Of a stretch of DNA of 64,000 bases, positions 53,936 to 63,635 are shown one piece after another. Within the stretch, counting starts at the first letter, position 1. Each line of letters opens with the position of its first letter. The translations under genes were made by a program, and so were the position numbers. Origin of the DNA: Clostridia bacterium (GTDB lineage Bacteria > Bacillota > Clostridia > RGIG6154); contig JAZNOU010000002.1 of assembly GCA_045589295.1 (NCBI GenBank), positions 17,283-81,282 of the forward strand, given 5' to 3'. The notes below the pieces were generated by a model that saw nothing but the letters and a program-made list of their open reading frames with translations, was not told where the DNA came from and searched no databases.

Positions 53936-54773
53936 TTATCCTCCTTTCCTCAATAAGAGAACATATACAATTTGCCATTATGTCGGAGGAAGTTTTAGGG
54001 GCGATAATGCCGGGAAGTCCAAGCGCATGGACAAATTTCAGCCCAAGGTTGTTTGCAGACTCAAAATCACATCCGCCGGGGAGGGAGGCAAGATCTATAA
54101 TAAAAGCGTCTTTTTTTACATTCAAAAGATTTTTGGCATCTAAAATAAGCGATGGTACGGTATTAAAGATAATATCAGCATTGTTTAGGTTTTCTATATT
54201 ATAAATGTTCTGAGTATTAAACCCAAGACAGGATGCCATTGCAAGCACTTCGGGTTTTCTTGCACACACTGTTATATTTGCTCCAAATCCGCTTAACATT
54301 TTTGCGAGAATTTTTCCAATTCTGCCAAACCCTAAAATAAAGCACGAACTTCCAAAAAGAGTGAAATCCGTGTTTTCGAGTGCAATTTTGATTGCACCCT
54401 CTGCACTGGGGACTGCATTTAACACTTCAAATTCTTCGGTGTAATAATCAATAAGGGTTATGTTGTTTTTACAACAAAATTCATAAAGTTCCTTGGTCGG
54501 TTTGCCCGCAAGAACAGTTATGTTTTTTCCCCCATTCAAAACATCTTTTAAATCAATGCTTTCACTGGAGTTTAACATTGTCGAAGATGGTTTGCAGCAA
54601 GGAAGAGGCAAAATTAAAAAATCGCAGTCTTTTACACATTCAAATGGTGTGGGCTTTGAGTTTTCTAAACCCGTGACCCCATAGTTGTCTACCTGAAAAT
54701 TCGCCTGCAGTCTGTCTTTGAGGTGTTTTAATCTTGTATCACCGCAAAGTATTGCGATTTTTTGTTTGTTCAT
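53925..54773 (-). CDS. dpaA: Dipicolinate synthase subunit A
   Basis: Dehydrogenase-like, with ILGFGRIGK Rossmann. It is 282 aa and lies directly upstream of dpaB. Confidence 0.8.
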   Translation of the reverse strand: MNKQKIAILCGDTRLKHLKDRLQANFQVDNYGVTGLENSKPTPFECVKDCDFLILPLPCCKPSSTMLNSSESIDLKDVLNGGKNITVLAGKPTKELYEFCCKNNITLIDYYTEEFEVLNAVPSAEGAIKIALENTDFTLFGSSCFILGFGRIGKILAKMLSGFGANITVCARKPEVLAMASCLGFNTQNIYNIENLNNADIIFNTVPSLILDAKNLLNVKKDAFIIDLASLPGGCDFESANNLGLKFVHALGLPGIIAPKTSSDIMANCICSLIEERRINGT

Positions 54774-54839
54774 TTAAAGCCCCCCTTATGCTACATAATA
54801 TGTGAAAAAACTGATAGTGAAACTTGTACTTTTTCAAAT

Positions 54840-54868
54840 AAAAAAACAGCAGACAAAAGTCTGCTGTT
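54840..54868 (-). terminator. Rho-independent terminator of ychF
   Basis: On the minus strand: CAGCAGAC / GTCTGCTG stem followed by TTTTTTT. Confidence 0.7.
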
Positions 54869-54879
54869 TGAATTTTTGA

Positions 54880-55977
54880 CTATACATTAAATCTGAAAAG
54901 AATAATGTCGCCGTCTTTTACAACGTATTCTTTTCCTTCGGAACGGACAAGTCCTTTTTCTTTTGCGGCGGTCATTGAACCGTTTGCAATTAAGTCTTCG
55001 TATGCCACGACCTCGGCTCTAATAAATCCTCGTTCAAAGTCGGTGTGGATTTTTCCTGCCGCCTGGGGCGCTTTTGTGCCTTTTATGATTGTCCAGGCTC
55101 TTGTTTCATCTGAACCTGAGGTTAAGTAACTGATAAGTCCTAAAAGCTCATAGCTCTTTTTGATAAGTCTGTCAAGTCCTGATTCATTTAAATTCATTTC
55201 GGCAAGGAAAAGATCCTTTTCATCAGGTTCTAAAGTTGAAATTTCCTCTTCAATTCTTGCTGAAATAGGAAGTATTTGTGCATTTTCCTTGTTTGCAATT
55301 TCAGCAAGTGCTTTTACCATTTGATTGTTTTCAATTCCGTTTACAAAATCATCTTCTGATACGTTTGCAGCATATATTACAGGTTTTCTTGTAAGAAGTG
55401 AAACTTCTTTCAAAATATCTTTTTCTTCATCTGTAAATTCAAGTGTTCTTGCGGCATTTCCTGCCTCTAATGTTTCTTTAATTCTTTCCATCAAAGCAAT
55501 TTCGCCAAGATATTTTTTCTCACCTGATTTTGACATTTTTTTTGCTTTTTCAAGTCTTTTTTCAACAATTTCAATATCTGCAAAGATAAGTTCGTAATTT
55601 ATTGTTTCCACATCGCGAAGAGCATCAACGCTTCCTTCAACGTGAATTATGTTTGTGTCTTCAAAACAACGTACCACGTGGATTATTGCATCAACTTCTC
55701 TGATGTGTGATAAAAATTTATTTCCAAGGCCTTCGCCTCTTGAAGCACCTTTTACAAGTCCTGCAATATCAACAAATTCAATTGCCGCAGGTGTTACCTT
55801 TGCAGAATTATACATTTTAGCCAAAACATCAAGTCTTTCGTCAGGAACGTCAACGATGCCAACATTTGGCTCAATTGTGCAAAACGGATAGTTAGCAGAC
55901 TGCGCGCCTGCTTTGGTTATTGCGTTAAAAAGTGTGCTTTTGCCAACGTTCGGCAAACCCACTATACCTAGTTTCAT
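54880..55977 (-). CDS. ychF: Redox-regulated ATPase YchF (Obg-family)
   Basis: [21 protein letters not shown]...[11 protein letters not shown], with a C-terminal TGS-like domain. It is 365 aa. Confidence 0.92.
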   Translation of the reverse strand: MKLGIVGLPNVGKSTLFNAITKAGAQSANYPFCTIEPNVGIVDVPDERLDVLAKMYNSAKVTPAAIEFVDIAGLVKGASRGEGLGNKFLSHIREVDAIIHVVRCFEDTNIIHVEGSVDALRDVETINYELIFADIEIVEKRLEKAKKMSKSGEKKYLGEIALMERIKETLEAGNAARTLEFTDEEKDILKEVSLLTRKPVIYAANVSEDDFVNGIENNQMVKALAEIANKENAQILPISARIEEEISTLEPDEKDLFLAEMNLNESGLDRLIKKSYELLGLISYLTSGSDETRAWTIIKGTKAPQAAGKIHTDFERGFIRAEVVAYEDLIANGSMTAAKEKGLVRSEGKEYVVKDGDIILFRFNV

Positions 55978-56088
55978 AAAATTAATTCCTTTCTTAAGTA
56001 AGGTGAAAATTCTTATAACAGTATACTACAAAATTAAGTATTGTGCAATAGTAAAATTGGTGATATACTAAAAACAGGGGGGATTTTG

Positions 56089-56775
56089 ATGAACAATGTC
56101 ACTTTGCTGGTTGCAAGCGGCGATTTTTCTGTTACAACTTTTGTTAAAAGTGCACTTGCTTTAAAAGAGTATTCGGTTATTTCAACGGTCAGTGGCTTTG
56201 GTGCAATTAATTTATTGAAAGGCGAAACCCCGTCGGCAGTAATTTTGGATATTGAAATTGCTGAGTGCGATGCACTTTCTGTTATGCGTGAGATTATAAG
56301 AGTCAGTGACATACCCGTTATTTGCTTAAGCAAAAGAGAAGATGTTTTAGATAAGGTACTTTATCTTGAAATGGGCGCAGATGATTTTATAGTTATGCCG
56401 TGTGAAACGAGGGAGTTTTCGGCTCGTTTAAAGGCGGTAATGAGAAGATACTTAAAAGGTAAAAATGTTCTTGCAAAAGAACTTGTGTTTAGTAATTTGT
56501 GCGTTAATTTGAGTAACTACACTGTCAAAGTAAGAGGAGAAGATATAAAACTTCCGCCAAAAGAACTTGAACTTTTGTATTTTTTAGCATCAAACCCAAA
56601 TACTGTGTTTACCCGTGAGCAACTTTTGGACAAAATATGGGGATATGATTATTTTGGTGATTCAAGAACGGTGGATGTCCATATAAAAAGAATACGTGAA
56701 AAACTTGAAAAGCACTATGAGGGTTGGTGTATTAAAACTGTGTGGAGTGTTGGATACGAATTTTCTACGCGGTAA
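56089..56775 (+). CDS. OmpR-family response regulator with an atypical receiver domain
   Basis: The C-terminal winged helix is present (LPPKELELLYFLASNPNTVFTREQLLDKIWGYDYFGDSRTVDVHIKRIREKL). The receiver keeps the central Asp (VILDIEI) but has SG in place of the acidic DD pair and MP in place of KP. Confidence 0.75.
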   Translation: MNNVTLLVASGDFSVTTFVKSALALKEYSVISTVSGFGAINLLKGETPSAVILDIEIAECDALSVMREIIRVSDIPVICLSKREDVLDKVLYLEMGADDFIVMPCETREFSARLKAVMRRYLKGKNVLAKELVFSNLCVNLSNYTVKVRGEDIKLPPKELELLYFLASNPNTVFTREQLLDKIWGYDYFGDSRTVDVHIKRIREKLEKHYEGWCIKTVWSVGYEFSTR

Positions 56776-56865
56776 ATTTCAAAATGAATATACATATATT
56801 TCACATTATTTTCATAAATAAAAGTTATAATATGTTTGTAAACATTCCAAGAAAGGATTTTTCAA

Positions 56866-58182
56866 ATGAACGAATATAACGGCTTTGAACAAAATGAAGA
56901 ACAAAATAATACTTTTTTTAATGAAGATCCCGAGCAGGTTGAAATAAAAGAAGAAGTCTTTGAACAAGACGAGTACATCCCGCAGGTTGTTGAGCAAGAA
57001 CAAAGTCAGCAATTTTATTTTTCTGAGGCTTTTGAGGAAAAACCAATAAAAAACAAGAAAAAGATTAATCCACTTTTTGTCGCTGCATCATCTGTGATTA
57101 TGATTTTGATAATTGCAGGAACGATTTTTGCATTTAATTTTAAAGATTTGTCAAAAACTGGGTCTGACGGAGGAATTTATTATCATTCTTCAAATGCATC
57201 GGCTACAAATATAGCAAATACTTCTGAAGGGCAGTTTGTTCCAAATGGTGCAGAACTTACAACTGCAGAAATCGCTGCAAAAGTAGGACCTTGTGTTGTG
57301 GGAATTGAAAGCAAGGTTACTTCTGTAAATATATTCCAGCAACAAACAAGCAGTTCTCAGACAGGTTCTGGTGTTATAGTAAATGAGGACGGATACATTG
57401 TAACAAATTATCACGTTGTTGAGGGTGGAAAAGAACTTAAAGTTATTTTAAACTCGGGCAAAGAACATCCTGCAAAACTTGTAGGTTATGACGAAAGAAG
57501 CGACCTTGCAGTTGTTAAAATTGAAGAAAAAAATCTTACTTACGCAACCTTTGGTGATTCATCACAGCTTATGGTGGGTGAACGTGCAATTGCCATAGGA
57601 AATCCGTTAGGAACAGAACTTATGGGGACTGTTACACAAGGTATTATAAGTGCGGTTAACAGAACTGTTCAGGTTGATGATAAAACGCTTACTCTGTTGC
57701 AGACTGACGCTGCTATTAACTCAGGCAACTCAGGCGGGGCGCTTATTAATTCACGTGGCGAGGTAATAGGAATAAACACGGTTAAAATGTATGCGACCGG
57801 CGTTGAGGGAATTGGGTTTGCAATCCCTTCAAATGAGGTAAAAACTGTTTTAGATGATATTATCAGCTATGGTTATGTCAGAGGCAGACTTGTTGTGGGC
57901 GTTACAGGAACAAACATAACCGAGAGAATGGCTAAATACTACGAATTGCCGATAGGGTTTTATGTAAGTGAAGTCAGAGAAGGTTATGGTGCATATTTAG
58001 CAGGAGTCCAGGTTGGCGATGTTATTGTTAAATGTGACGGAAAAGTTGTTAAAACCATTGATGACATAAATGAAATAAGGGATTCTCACAAGGTGAACGA
58101 TCTTATGGAATTGGTTGTTTCAAGAAATGGAAAGAATGTAACTTTAAAGGTTAAATTGATGGAAGAAAAACCGGATAGATAA
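56866..58182 (+). CDS. htrA: HtrA/DegP-family trypsin-like serine protease with PDZ domain
   Basis: The catalytic triad context is present (TNYHVV; SDLAVVKI; GNSGGALIN). There is a C-terminal PDZ (GVQVGDVIVKCDG), an acidic N-terminal tail and a TM anchor. Confidence 0.88.
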   Translation: MNEYNGFEQNEEQNNTFFNEDPEQVEIKEEVFEQDEYIPQVVEQEQSQQFYFSEAFEEKPIKNKKKINPLFVAASSVIMILIIAGTIFAFNFKDLSKTGSDGGIYYHSSNASATNIANTSEGQFVPNGAELTTAEIAAKVGPCVVGIESKVTSVNIFQQQTSSSQTGSGVIVNEDGYIVTNYHVVEGGKELKVILNSGKEHPAKLVGYDERSDLAVVKIEEKNLTYATFGDSSQLMVGERAIAIGNPLGTELMGTVTQGIISAVNRTVQVDDKTLTLLQTDAAINSGNSGGALINSRGEVIGINTVKMYATGVEGIGFAIPSNEVKTVLDDIISYGYVRGRLVVGVTGTNITERMAKYYELPIGFYVSEVREGYGAYLAGVQVGDVIVKCDGKVVKTIDDINEIRDSHKVNDLMELVVSRNGKNVTLKVKLMEEKPDR

Positions 58183-58218
58183 AAAAACAGGGTGTAAAAT
58201 TTTACACCCTGTTTTTTT
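58183..58218 (+). terminator. Rho-independent terminator after htrA
   Basis: ACAGGGTGTAAAAT / ATTTTACACCCTGT stem followed by TTTTTTT. Confidence 0.75.
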
Positions 58219-58335
58219 GTTGGCTTTTTTAAAAAAACACTTGGAATTTGTCTTAATTTGTGGTACAATATTAAAATAAAATTAAAATGCGGTATTAATG
58301 CGTATTTATGCATAAACACGAAAGGCGTAAGTTTT

Positions 58336-59967
58336 ATGATTATTACAGATTTTCTTGAAAAAAATGCAATTGAAAGGCCGGATGAAACTGCACTGGTTGA
58401 AATTGCACCTCAGATGATGGAAAAGGCAAAGATTACATGGAAAGAGTATGCCTTGATGCAGCCTAATCCTAATGAAAGCGGCAGAAAAGAAATGACATGG
58501 AAAGAGTTTGACAGAATGTCTAACAGATTTGCAAACTTTTTATTCAGCCGTGGAATTAAAAAAGGCAACAAGGTAGCAATACTTCTTATGAACTGCATAG
58601 AGTGGCTTCCTGTTTATTTTGGTATTTTAAAAACAGGTGCTTTGGCAGTACCTCTTAACTATAGATATACAGCAGAAGAAATCAGATATTGCGTTAATTT
58701 GGCGGAAGTTGATATTTTGGTATTCGGCCCTGAATTTATCGGCAGAATGGAAGAAATATGCGATAGAATTCCAAGAGTTTCGCAGCTTTTTTATGTTGGT
58801 GATAACTGCCCTACATTTGCAGAAAGTTATGATCAGCTTATTACATATTGTACATCTAAAAGACCTGATGTTACTCTATGTGAACAAGACGATGCGGCTA
58901 TATACTTTTCTTCAGGAACAACAGGGTTTCCAAAAGCGATACTTCATAACCACGAAAGCTTAAAACATGCTGCGCTTACCGAACAAAACCATCACGGGCA
59001 GACAAAGGATGATACATTCTTATGTATTCCTCCGCTTTACCATACAGGTGCTAAAATGCACTGGTTTGGTAGTTTGGCGTCAGGTTCAAAAGGGGTGCTT
59101 TTAAAAGGCACAAATCCAGAGTGGATTATAAAAGTTGCAGCGGAAGAAAAATGCACAATCGTATGGCTGTTGGTTCCGTGGGCACAGGATATTTTAGATG
59201 CTATCGACAGAGGGGAAATTAAACTTAATGAATACGATTTGTCAGCATGGAGATTGATGCATATTGGAGCGCAACCTGTTCCGCCAAGCCTTATTAAACG
59301 TTGGAAAGAAGTTTTCCCAAATCACAGTTATGATACAAACTATGGATTAAGCGAATCAATTGGACCCGGTTGTGTTCATTTGGGAGTTGAAAATATTCAT
59401 AAAGTTGGTGCCATTGGAAAAGCAGGCTACGGCTGGCAGACAAAAATCATTGGTGTAGACGGAAATGATGCAAAACCAGGTGAAGTTGGTGAGCTTGCAG
59501 TTAAAGGTGCAGGTGTTATGACTTGCTACTTTAATGACGAGAAGGCAACAAATGAAGTATTAAAGGATGGTTGGCTTTTGACAGGCGATATGGCAAAAGA
59601 AGACGAAGACGGGTTTATTTATCTTGTTGACCGCAAAAAAGACGTTATAATTTCAGGCGGCGAAAATATTTATCCTGTTCAGATTGAAGATTTTGTGCGT
59701 CGTCATGGCGCTGTTAAAGACGTAGCAGTTATCGGACTTCCCGATGCACGTCTTGGTGAAATATCAGCAGCAATCGTTGAAGTAAAAGAAGGCTTTAGCC
59801 TGACAGAAGAAGAATTTATGGATTTTTGTAAGGAACTTCCAAAGTACAAAAGACCAAGAAAGATTATTTTTGCAGATGTTCCAAGAAATCCTACAGGCAA
59901 AATTGAAAAGCCTGTTTTAAGAGAGAGATATTGCAAAGAAAGCTTAGTTGAAGCACAGATGAAATGA
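58336..59967 (+). CDS. AMP-dependent synthetase/ligase (acyl-CoA synthetase family)
   Basis: AMP-binding motif YFSSGTTGFPKAI, plus GYGLSE-like YGLSES, TGDMA and the C-terminal PRNPTGKIEK. I prefer the ATG at 58336. Confidence 0.85.
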   Translation: MIITDFLEKNAIERPDETALVEIAPQMMEKAKITWKEYALMQPNPNESGRKEMTWKEFDRMSNRFANFLFSRGIKKGNKVAILLMNCIEWLPVYFGILKTGALAVPLNYRYTAEEIRYCVNLAEVDILVFGPEFIGRMEEICDRIPRVSQLFYVGDNCPTFAESYDQLITYCTSKRPDVTLCEQDDAAIYFSSGTTGFPKAILHNHESLKHAALTEQNHHGQTKDDTFLCIPPLYHTGAKMHWFGSLASGSKGVLLKGTNPEWIIKVAAEEKCTIVWLLVPWAQDILDAIDRGEIKLNEYDLSAWRLMHIGAQPVPPSLIKRWKEVFPNHSYDTNYGLSESIGPGCVHLGVENIHKVGAIGKAGYGWQTKIIGVDGNDAKPGEVGELAVKGAGVMTCYFNDEKATNEVLKDGWLLTGDMAKEDEDGFIYLVDRKKDVIISGGENIYPVQIEDFVRRHGAVKDVAVIGLPDARLGEISAAIVEVKEGFSLTEEEFMDFCKELPKYKRPRKIIFADVPRNPTGKIEKPVLRERYCKESLVEAQMK

Positions 59968-59986
59968 TTTGAAAGGAATGGTAACT

Positions 59987-61717
59987 TTGAAAAAACTTAT
60001 GCTTGGTAACCAGGCGGTTGCAAGAGGTGCATACGAGGCTGGGGTGACAGTTGTTTCATCTTATCCGGGAACACCAAGTACTGAAATTACCGAAAACATT
60101 GTAAAATATGATGAAATATATGTAGAATGGGCGCCTAACGAAAAGGTTGCAGCGGAAGTTGCAATAGGTGCATCAATTGCAGGTGCAAGAAGTATGTCTT
60201 GTATGAAACACGTTGGTATGAACGTTATGGCAGATCCTATGTTTACAGTGAGCTATATCGGTGCAAACGGCGGCCTTGTTTTTTGCGTTGCAGATGACCC
60301 CGGAATGCATTCTTCACAAAACGAACAGGATTCAAGACATTATGCAAGAGCGGCAAAACTTACAATGCTTGAACCTTCTGACAGCTCAGAATGTAAAGAG
60401 TTTACGAAGAAAGCCTTCGAAATCAGCGAAAAATTTGATATTCCTGTTATCGTAAGACTTTCAACAAGAGTGTCACATTCACAGGGCTTGGTTGAAGAAT
60501 GTGAAAGAGAAAATGTAGAACTTAAGCCTTATGAAAAAAATATCGGCAAAAATGTTATGATGCCGGCTAATGCAAAAAAACGTCACGTTGATGTTGAAAA
60601 CAGAAACGAGGCTTTAAAAGAATTTGCAGAAAGCACATGTCTTAATAAGGTTGAAATAAGTACAGATGAAATTGGTGTTATTACATCAGGTATTTCATAT
60701 ATGTATGCAAAAGAAGCACTGGGCGACAGAGTAAGCTATTTAAAACTTGGTATGGTTTATCCTCTGCCTGATAAGCTTTTGAAAGATTTTGCAAAAAAAC
60801 ACAAAAAAGTTTACGTAATTGAAGAGCTTGACCCGATTTTTGAAGAATATGTAAAATCTATCGGCATTGAAGTTATCGGGAAAGAAAAGTTTACAATGCT
60901 TGGTGAATATACACCCGCTATGATAAAAAAGGCAGTGTTTGGCGAAGATGGTGCAGAGTGCGTTGAAACTGATTTTGAAATTCCTGTAAGACCTCCTGTT
61001 ATGTGTGCAGGTTGTCCTCACAGAGGAACATTTTATGTTCTTAAAAAATTGGGGCTTACTGTTTCAGGGGACATCGGTTGTTATACTTTGGGCGCAGTTG
61101 CACCGCTAGCAAGTGTTGATACTACAATTTGTATGGGTGCATCGGTTTCTGCGGCGCATGGTATGGCAAAGGCGAGAGGCGAAGAGTTTAACAAAAAACT
61201 TGTTGCTGTAATTGGTGATTCAACATTTATGCATTCAGGCATTACAGGTCTGATTGATATTGTGTATAACAAAGGCAACAACACAGTTATTATTTTAGAC
61301 AACTCAATTACAGGTATGACAGGACATCAGGAGAACCCTACAACAGGCTTTACAATTAGAAAAGAACCTACAAAGCAGGTTGATTTAGAGCTTTTAGCAA
61401 AAGCGGTTGGTATTGAAAGAGTTGTTGTGGCAGATCCGTTTGATGTTAAAAACTTTGAAAAAGTAGTAAAAACAGAGGTGGAAGCTGACGAACCATCTGT
61501 TATCATTGCACAGCGTCCGTGTGCACTTTTAAAGACTGTTAAATATGAAGGACATTGCGAGATTTCTGATAAGTGCAAAAACTGCAAAATGTGTATGAAA
61601 CTTGGCTGTCCTGCAATTACAGCTACAGAAAACGGTGTTAAAATTGATCCTAACCAGTGTAACGGTTGCGGACTTTGCATTAACGTATGCCCATTTGGCG
61701 CTATAGAAAAAGCTTAA
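59987..61717 (+). CDS. iorA: Indolepyruvate:ferredoxin oxidoreductase subunit alpha
   Basis: KKLMLGNQAVARGAYEAGV...YPGTPSTEI, the TPP-binding GDSTFMHSG, and a C-terminal 2x[4Fe-4S] CxxCxxCxxxCP. The start is uncertain (TTG 59987, ATG 59978 or TTG 59969). Confidence 0.85.
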   Translation: MKKLMLGNQAVARGAYEAGVTVVSSYPGTPSTEITENIVKYDEIYVEWAPNEKVAAEVAIGASIAGARSMSCMKHVGMNVMADPMFTVSYIGANGGLVFCVADDPGMHSSQNEQDSRHYARAAKLTMLEPSDSSECKEFTKKAFEISEKFDIPVIVRLSTRVSHSQGLVEECERENVELKPYEKNIGKNVMMPANAKKRHVDVENRNEALKEFAESTCLNKVEISTDEIGVITSGISYMYAKEALGDRVSYLKLGMVYPLPDKLLKDFAKKHKKVYVIEELDPIFEEYVKSIGIEVIGKEKFTMLGEYTPAMIKKAVFGEDGAECVETDFEIPVRPPVMCAGCPHRGTFYVLKKLGLTVSGDIGCYTLGAVAPLASVDTTICMGASVSAAHGMAKARGEEFNKKLVAVIGDSTFMHSGITGLIDIVYNKGNNTVIILDNSITGMTGHQENPTTGFTIRKEPTKQVDLELLAKAVGIERVVVADPFDVKNFEKVVKTEVEADEPSVIIAQRPCALLKTVKYEGHCEISDKCKNCKMCMKLGCPAITATENGVKIDPNQCNGCGLCINVCPFGAIEKA

Positions 61718-61734
61718 GTAAGGAGGACCTGAAA

Positions 61735-62310
61735 ATGACAAAAAATATTATGATTGTTGGTGTTGGCGGTCAGGGAACCTTGCTTGCCAGCAGAATTTTG
61801 GGAAACACAGTAATAAATGAAGGTTATGATGTTAAAGTTTCTGAGGTTCATGGTATGAGCCAAAGAGGCGGAAGTGTTGTGACCTATGTTAAATATGGCG
61901 AAAAAGTTTATTCACCTATTGTTGACAAGGGTGAAGCGGATATAATTTTGGCTTTTGAAATGTTAGAAGCAGCACGCGCACTTCCATTTCTTAAAAAGGG
62001 CGGAATTATGATTGCAAACACACAGCAGATTGACCCTATGCCTGTAATTACAGGTGCGGCAAAATATCCTGAGAACATTTCAGGAAAGCTTAAAGAAAAA
62101 GTTAACCTTATTTCTTTGGATGCAAGTGAACTTGCGCTAACAGCAGGAAATATAAAAGCAGTAAATGTTGTTTTAATTGGTGTTATGGCAAAATCGACAG
62201 ATATTCCATATGAAAAATGGGTTGAAACCATTAAAACAACGGTACCAGAAAAGTTTTTGGATGTTAACTTAAAGGCTTTTGATGCAGGATACAACTACAA
62301 AGAGGTGTAA
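61735..62310 (+). CDS. iorB: Indolepyruvate:ferredoxin oxidoreductase subunit beta
   Basis: NIMIVGVGGQGTLLASRILG...HGMSQRGGSV is the POR-gamma-like domain. The ATG at 61735 is preceded by AGGAGG. Confidence 0.85.
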   Translation: MTKNIMIVGVGGQGTLLASRILGNTVINEGYDVKVSEVHGMSQRGGSVVTYVKYGEKVYSPIVDKGEADIILAFEMLEAARALPFLKKGGIMIANTQQIDPMPVITGAAKYPENISGKLKEKVNLISLDASELALTAGNIKAVNVVLIGVMAKSTDIPYEKWVETIKTTVPEKFLDVNLKAFDAGYNYKEV

Positions 62311-62313
62311 AAT

Positions 62314-63618
62314 ATGGGGATTTATCAAAAAGCTTTGGAGTGTATGCCAAGAGAAGAACTCAAAAAACTCCAGAGTGAAAGACTTGTATGGCAAGTAAAA
62401 AGAATGTATGAAAATGTTGCACTCTTTAAACAGCGTATGGATGAAAAGGGCATAAAGCCTGAGGATATAAAAGGTGTAGAGGACCTCTCAAAGCTTCCTT
62501 TTTCATACAAGCAGGATTTAAGAGATTATTATCCGTACGGACTTTTTGCAGTTCCTATGAAAGAAATAAAAAGGGTTCATGCCTCAAGTGGAACAACAGG
62601 GAAACAAATTGTTGTAGGCTACACACAAAAAGACCTTGAAATGTGGTCTGACTGTATGGCAAGACAGTTTTATGCAGTCGGCGGAGATGAAAATTCATTT
62701 GTTCAGATTTCTTACGGATATGGATTGTTCACCGGAGGTCTGGGTGCACACGATGGCGCTACAAGAATAGGCGCAACCGTTATTCCTACATCTTCAGGTA
62801 ATACGCAAAGACAAATTCAAACAATGATAGATTTCGGAAGCACTATTCTTTGCTGTACTCCGTCTTATGCAATGTATTTAGCTGAAGCTATTGAAGAAAT
62901 GGGCGTAAAAGACCAGCTTAAATTAAAAGCAGGAATTTTCGGTGCAGAACCATGGACCGAAGATATGAGAGCGGTAATAGAAGAAAAGCTTAATATTAAG
63001 GCATATGACGTTTATGGTTTGTCTGAAATTATGGGGCCGGGGGTTGCTTTTGAATGCGAAAAGCAACATGGCATGCATGTAAGTGAAGATATGTTCATTC
63101 CTGAAATTATTGATCCTGATACAGGCGAAGTTTTACCGGAAGGTTCATCAGGTGAGCTTGTTTTTACAACCATCACAAAAGAGGGATTCCCGCTTATAAG
63201 ATACAGAACGAGAGATATTTGTTCGCTTAACTATGAAAAATGTGAATGTGGCAGAACTTTCGTAAGAATGAACAAGCCGACAGGCAGAAGTGATGATATG
63301 CTGATTATAAGAGGCGTTAATGTGTTCCCGTCGCAGATTGAAGAGGTTTTGCTTAGAGTAGGCGGTGATGTTACACCAAATTATCAGATTATAGTAGGCA
63401 GAGAAAACAACACTGATACTTTAGAAGTTCAGGTTGAAATGTCGGATAAAATTTTTGCAGATGATGTTAAATCAATCGAGCTTGTGGAAAGAAATATCAA
63501 GGATCAGATAAGAAGTGTGTTAGGTCTTGGTGCAAAAGTTACTTTGGTTGCGCCAAAGACAATCCAAAGAAGTGAAGGAAAAGCAAAAAGAGTTATTGAC
63601 ACAAGAAAGCTTCATTAA
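62314..63618 (+). CDS. paaK: Phenylacetate--CoA ligase
   Basis: [26 protein letters not shown] and the C-terminal [18 protein letters not shown] are PaaK-family signatures. It is 434 aa. Confidence 0.85.
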   Translation: MGIYQKALECMPREELKKLQSERLVWQVKRMYENVALFKQRMDEKGIKPEDIKGVEDLSKLPFSYKQDLRDYYPYGLFAVPMKEIKRVHASSGTTGKQIVVGYTQKDLEMWSDCMARQFYAVGGDENSFVQISYGYGLFTGGLGAHDGATRIGATVIPTSSGNTQRQIQTMIDFGSTILCCTPSYAMYLAEAIEEMGVKDQLKLKAGIFGAEPWTEDMRAVIEEKLNIKAYDVYGLSEIMGPGVAFECEKQHGMHVSEDMFIPEIIDPDTGEVLPEGSSGELVFTTITKEGFPLIRYRTRDICSLNYEKCECGRTFVRMNKPTGRSDDMLIIRGVNVFPSQIEEVLLRVGGDVTPNYQIIVGRENNTDTLEVQVEMSDKIFADDVKSIELVERNIKDQIRSVLGLGAKVTLVAPKTIQRSEGKAKRVIDTRKLH

Positions 63619-63635
63619 TAAAAGGGGATAAAAAG

